The notes beneath the pieces are model-generated. The model made no database searches. It had not been told where the DNA came from and was given only the letters and a program-made list of their open reading frames with translations. Of a DNA stretch of 64,000 bases, positions 61,536 to 64,000 are shown one piece after another. The position numbers and the translations under genes were made by a program. Each line of letters opens with the position of its first letter. Position 1 is the first letter of the stretch. This DNA is from Lama guanicoe (taxonomy: Eukaryota): positions 2,818,943 to 2,882,942 of the forward strand of contig MU053216.1 of assembly GCA_013239625.1 (NCBI GenBank). The letters run 5' to 3'.

Positions 61536-64000
61536 GTAAATGGGCAGTTCATTTCACTGAAAAGGGAACTGAGGCTTGAAGAAGTCAAGTGACTTATCCA
61601 ACACCACACCTCAGAGTCTCAGCCTAGAGCAAAGGAACTGGTGATTAAGTCAAGATTCAAAACTTGTCCTGGAACGTCTAATCTGATACTCATTCCGTTC
61701 TGTCAGGCAAATGGCTAAGGACCTCGTGATGTGGTCCAGGAGGAGCTCTGGACCAAGACCCCTCATTTTTGGTAAAACATAGGACAAATCACTAAATGTT
61801 CTTGAGTTTCAGTTTTTTCCCATGTGAAATAGAGGAGTTAACACGGATGATTTGGAAAGTCTTATCATTCCTTTAAAAGTTTATCAGTGTGTAAATAACA
61901 ATGCCTTACACTTAGAATAGCCTCCATATTCCCAAACTCCCTTTCTCTTTCTTCTTAAGCTCCTCTAGGAATCCCAGCCCGGAAAGGAGCAGGAAATATT
62001 GCTGCCAGTTCAACACAGAACAGTGTCTTGACCAATATTTGACTCTCAGGAAACAGCAAAGAGCATAATAAAATTCAAAGGCACTATCTCAAAACAAAGT
62101 GACAGGAATAGAAGGCATCCTCCTTGTCCATGATTTTAATAGGAAGACAAGTTCTCCTGGTCCTTTTATATCCTGACATAGTAACTTATTTTGACTACAT
62201 ACATGCAACATAAGGAAAATAAAAACAAAAGAAAATGAATGACATAAGCAGCAAGGTGTTGTTACTGAATTAATTGAATTTGTTTGACAGATGCAGGCCA
62301 TTGATGTATTTCCCGAGATGAAAAGTTCTCCAAAGCATTCGTGGGTCTATAATTTGTTCTTGGTAATTTTAATATTATAGATAAGAAACATTAACCAGTG
62401 TTTGACTGATTTTCATCTCCACACTCATACATTTAGCAGGAGAGAGGGACCAAAGTTGCTGGTTATGTGCTGTATTTTGAAGAATAAAAAGTTCAGTAGA
62501 TTAATGGCTACTTGTAAAAAAGAGCAATAGCTGAAAAGACAAAATGCATATAAATTTGGGGGGCACCAGGCAACCCCTAAGTTCTAATCCTAAATCCTCT
62601 TTCATTATAAAACCAGTATGAGAAATTTTAGAGGTCAGATGGTTGTTTCATTCCACAAGCTATTTTTTTTAATCAGAAGAAAATAAGCTAGCTTTTTTTT
62701 TTTTTTTTTTTAAAAAAGAATTTTAATCTCGCCCATGTGCCATCATTATCGTTAACCCCTGGACTTTTTAACATTTTGATGGATCTTAAATCCATTAACA
62801 CTCCCCAGGGAAACATCTGTGGCCCTAATCCCTTTCAGAGTGGCTCTTACTATTGCTTTCATAAGGAACTTAAAATGTATGTAATAAAAAAAGAGCCATT
62901 GAAGATTCTATAATGCACTGTGTGTTAAAACAGCAGATACGAAAACCATGTCAGCTTTATCAGCAAACGTGAAGCACGTGTATCTGCAAGAAAGGACGAT
63001 TAGGAAAGTCAGCGGAAGGAAGTGTTTTCTCGCCCATCAGATCCAGATGTTCAGCCCATGAAATGGAAGCCTGGAGTGAAAGGCGAGTTACGGTGTCTGA
63101 TACCCTTCAGAAGTGCTGCTTCTGAGAAAGTTCCTGGGCGAGGAAAGCCAGCATCGATTTTTAAATGAATTCCATCTTACACTTGTTTTAGAAGCCTCGT
63201 AGAACTATTTTCTACATTAAATAAGGAATGGAATAAAGGGTGAATTAAAGTAAAAGGCACATGAATTTTTTTCAGAGACAACATTATGCAAAGCCTTGGA
63301 TTTAAAATATAAATCTCTACTCTTTTAGCAAAAAGATAGGTCTATGACAAGCATGTTCTTTTCATAAACTGATAAAACAGATACCAGAGCGAAGACTCCA
63401 CAAAAGCACGGCTTAGTGGGCTGCACTGATTTTTTTTTCTTTTCTTTCGCCCATTGCTTTTTGGCAAATACAGATGTTTCTAGAATAGTTTAATTACAAA
63501 ACAGGAGTCCACGCTGGCAGTGGCTGAACATTCCTTATTTGTACATTTTGATTCAAAGATTAATATGCACACCATGTCTTGTTTTTTAAATCGAGATTTC
63601 AACTTTTCTTCCAGTTCTTCAAGGAGAAGCTAGCGGTAACAGCAACAGCAGAGCTGGGGCTCCTTTGTGGTTTTCCAAATGCTTGCGTGAAGGATCCCTG
63701 ATCTGACTGCATTCCATTACACTTTGTGAAGTGCTTTCCTACTCATTTCCTGCAATCACCCCGTCCTTGGAAATGTAAATATTAAAATTTAGTGTAAGAG
63801 AAGGCATTCTATGAAGGCTAACGGAAAGGTCATCCTGGACCCCTCAAGCACAGTGCATTTTTATTGTTGTTGTTTTGAAAATTGCCTAACTAAGATAGAT
63901 GGGGGAAATGTGTATAGTTAAATTGATGAGAACAGAACACATCTTTAGTCGTGCAATGCTCTTGAAACATAGAACGCAAGAAAATTGGCACCGTTTCCAC

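Larger units (their letters stand above)
1..64000 (-). other. PTPRC: Partial PTPRC (CD45, receptor-type tyrosine-protein phosphatase C) transcription unit, from intron 2 to intron 15
   Basis: Twelve minus-strand exons join in frame (phase 1 junctions, phase 0 at exon 14/15) into a CD45-like ectodomain. Sizes of 27, 198, 144, 27, 219, 120 and 61 nt match human exons 3, 4, 6, 8, 9, 12 and 15 as I recall them. Confidence 0.97.

Noticed and set aside
30164..64000. Search for PTPRC exon 2 (signal peptide, MYLWLKLLAF-like) or a nested gene
   Set aside because: Not found by eye; consistent with a large intron 2 extending beyond the window. A small ncRNA cannot be excluded without a covariance-model search.

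Overview
Mammalian genomic DNA, most likely a camelid (Camelus/Vicugna), judged from eight copies of a Vic-1-like tRNA-derived SINE. The whole window lies inside PTPRC (CD45) on the minus strand. I could place coding exons 3, 4 (A), 6 (C) and 7-15 by splice sites and reading phase; they encode the mucin-like region, the Cys-rich domain and the FN3 domains of the ectodomain. Positions 30164-64000 are part of the large intron 2; exons 1-2 and 16 onward lie outside the window. Exon numbering and human comparisons rest on my recollection of human CD45, not on an alignment. Main observations: (1) variable exon 5 (B) survives only as a GC-saturated remnant without canonical splice sites, so CD45RB isoforms may be lost; (2) local AT-to-GC substitution peaks suggest GC-biased gene conversion, one of which appears to have turned an old L2 into a CpG island; (3) exon 13 has only GAG acceptors; (4) the ectodomain has an odd number of cysteines; (5) the exon 3-7 (RO) junction alone creates an N-glycosylation sequon. 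The rest is ordinary repeat content plus two assembly gaps. I found no evidence of a wholly new multi-gene system.
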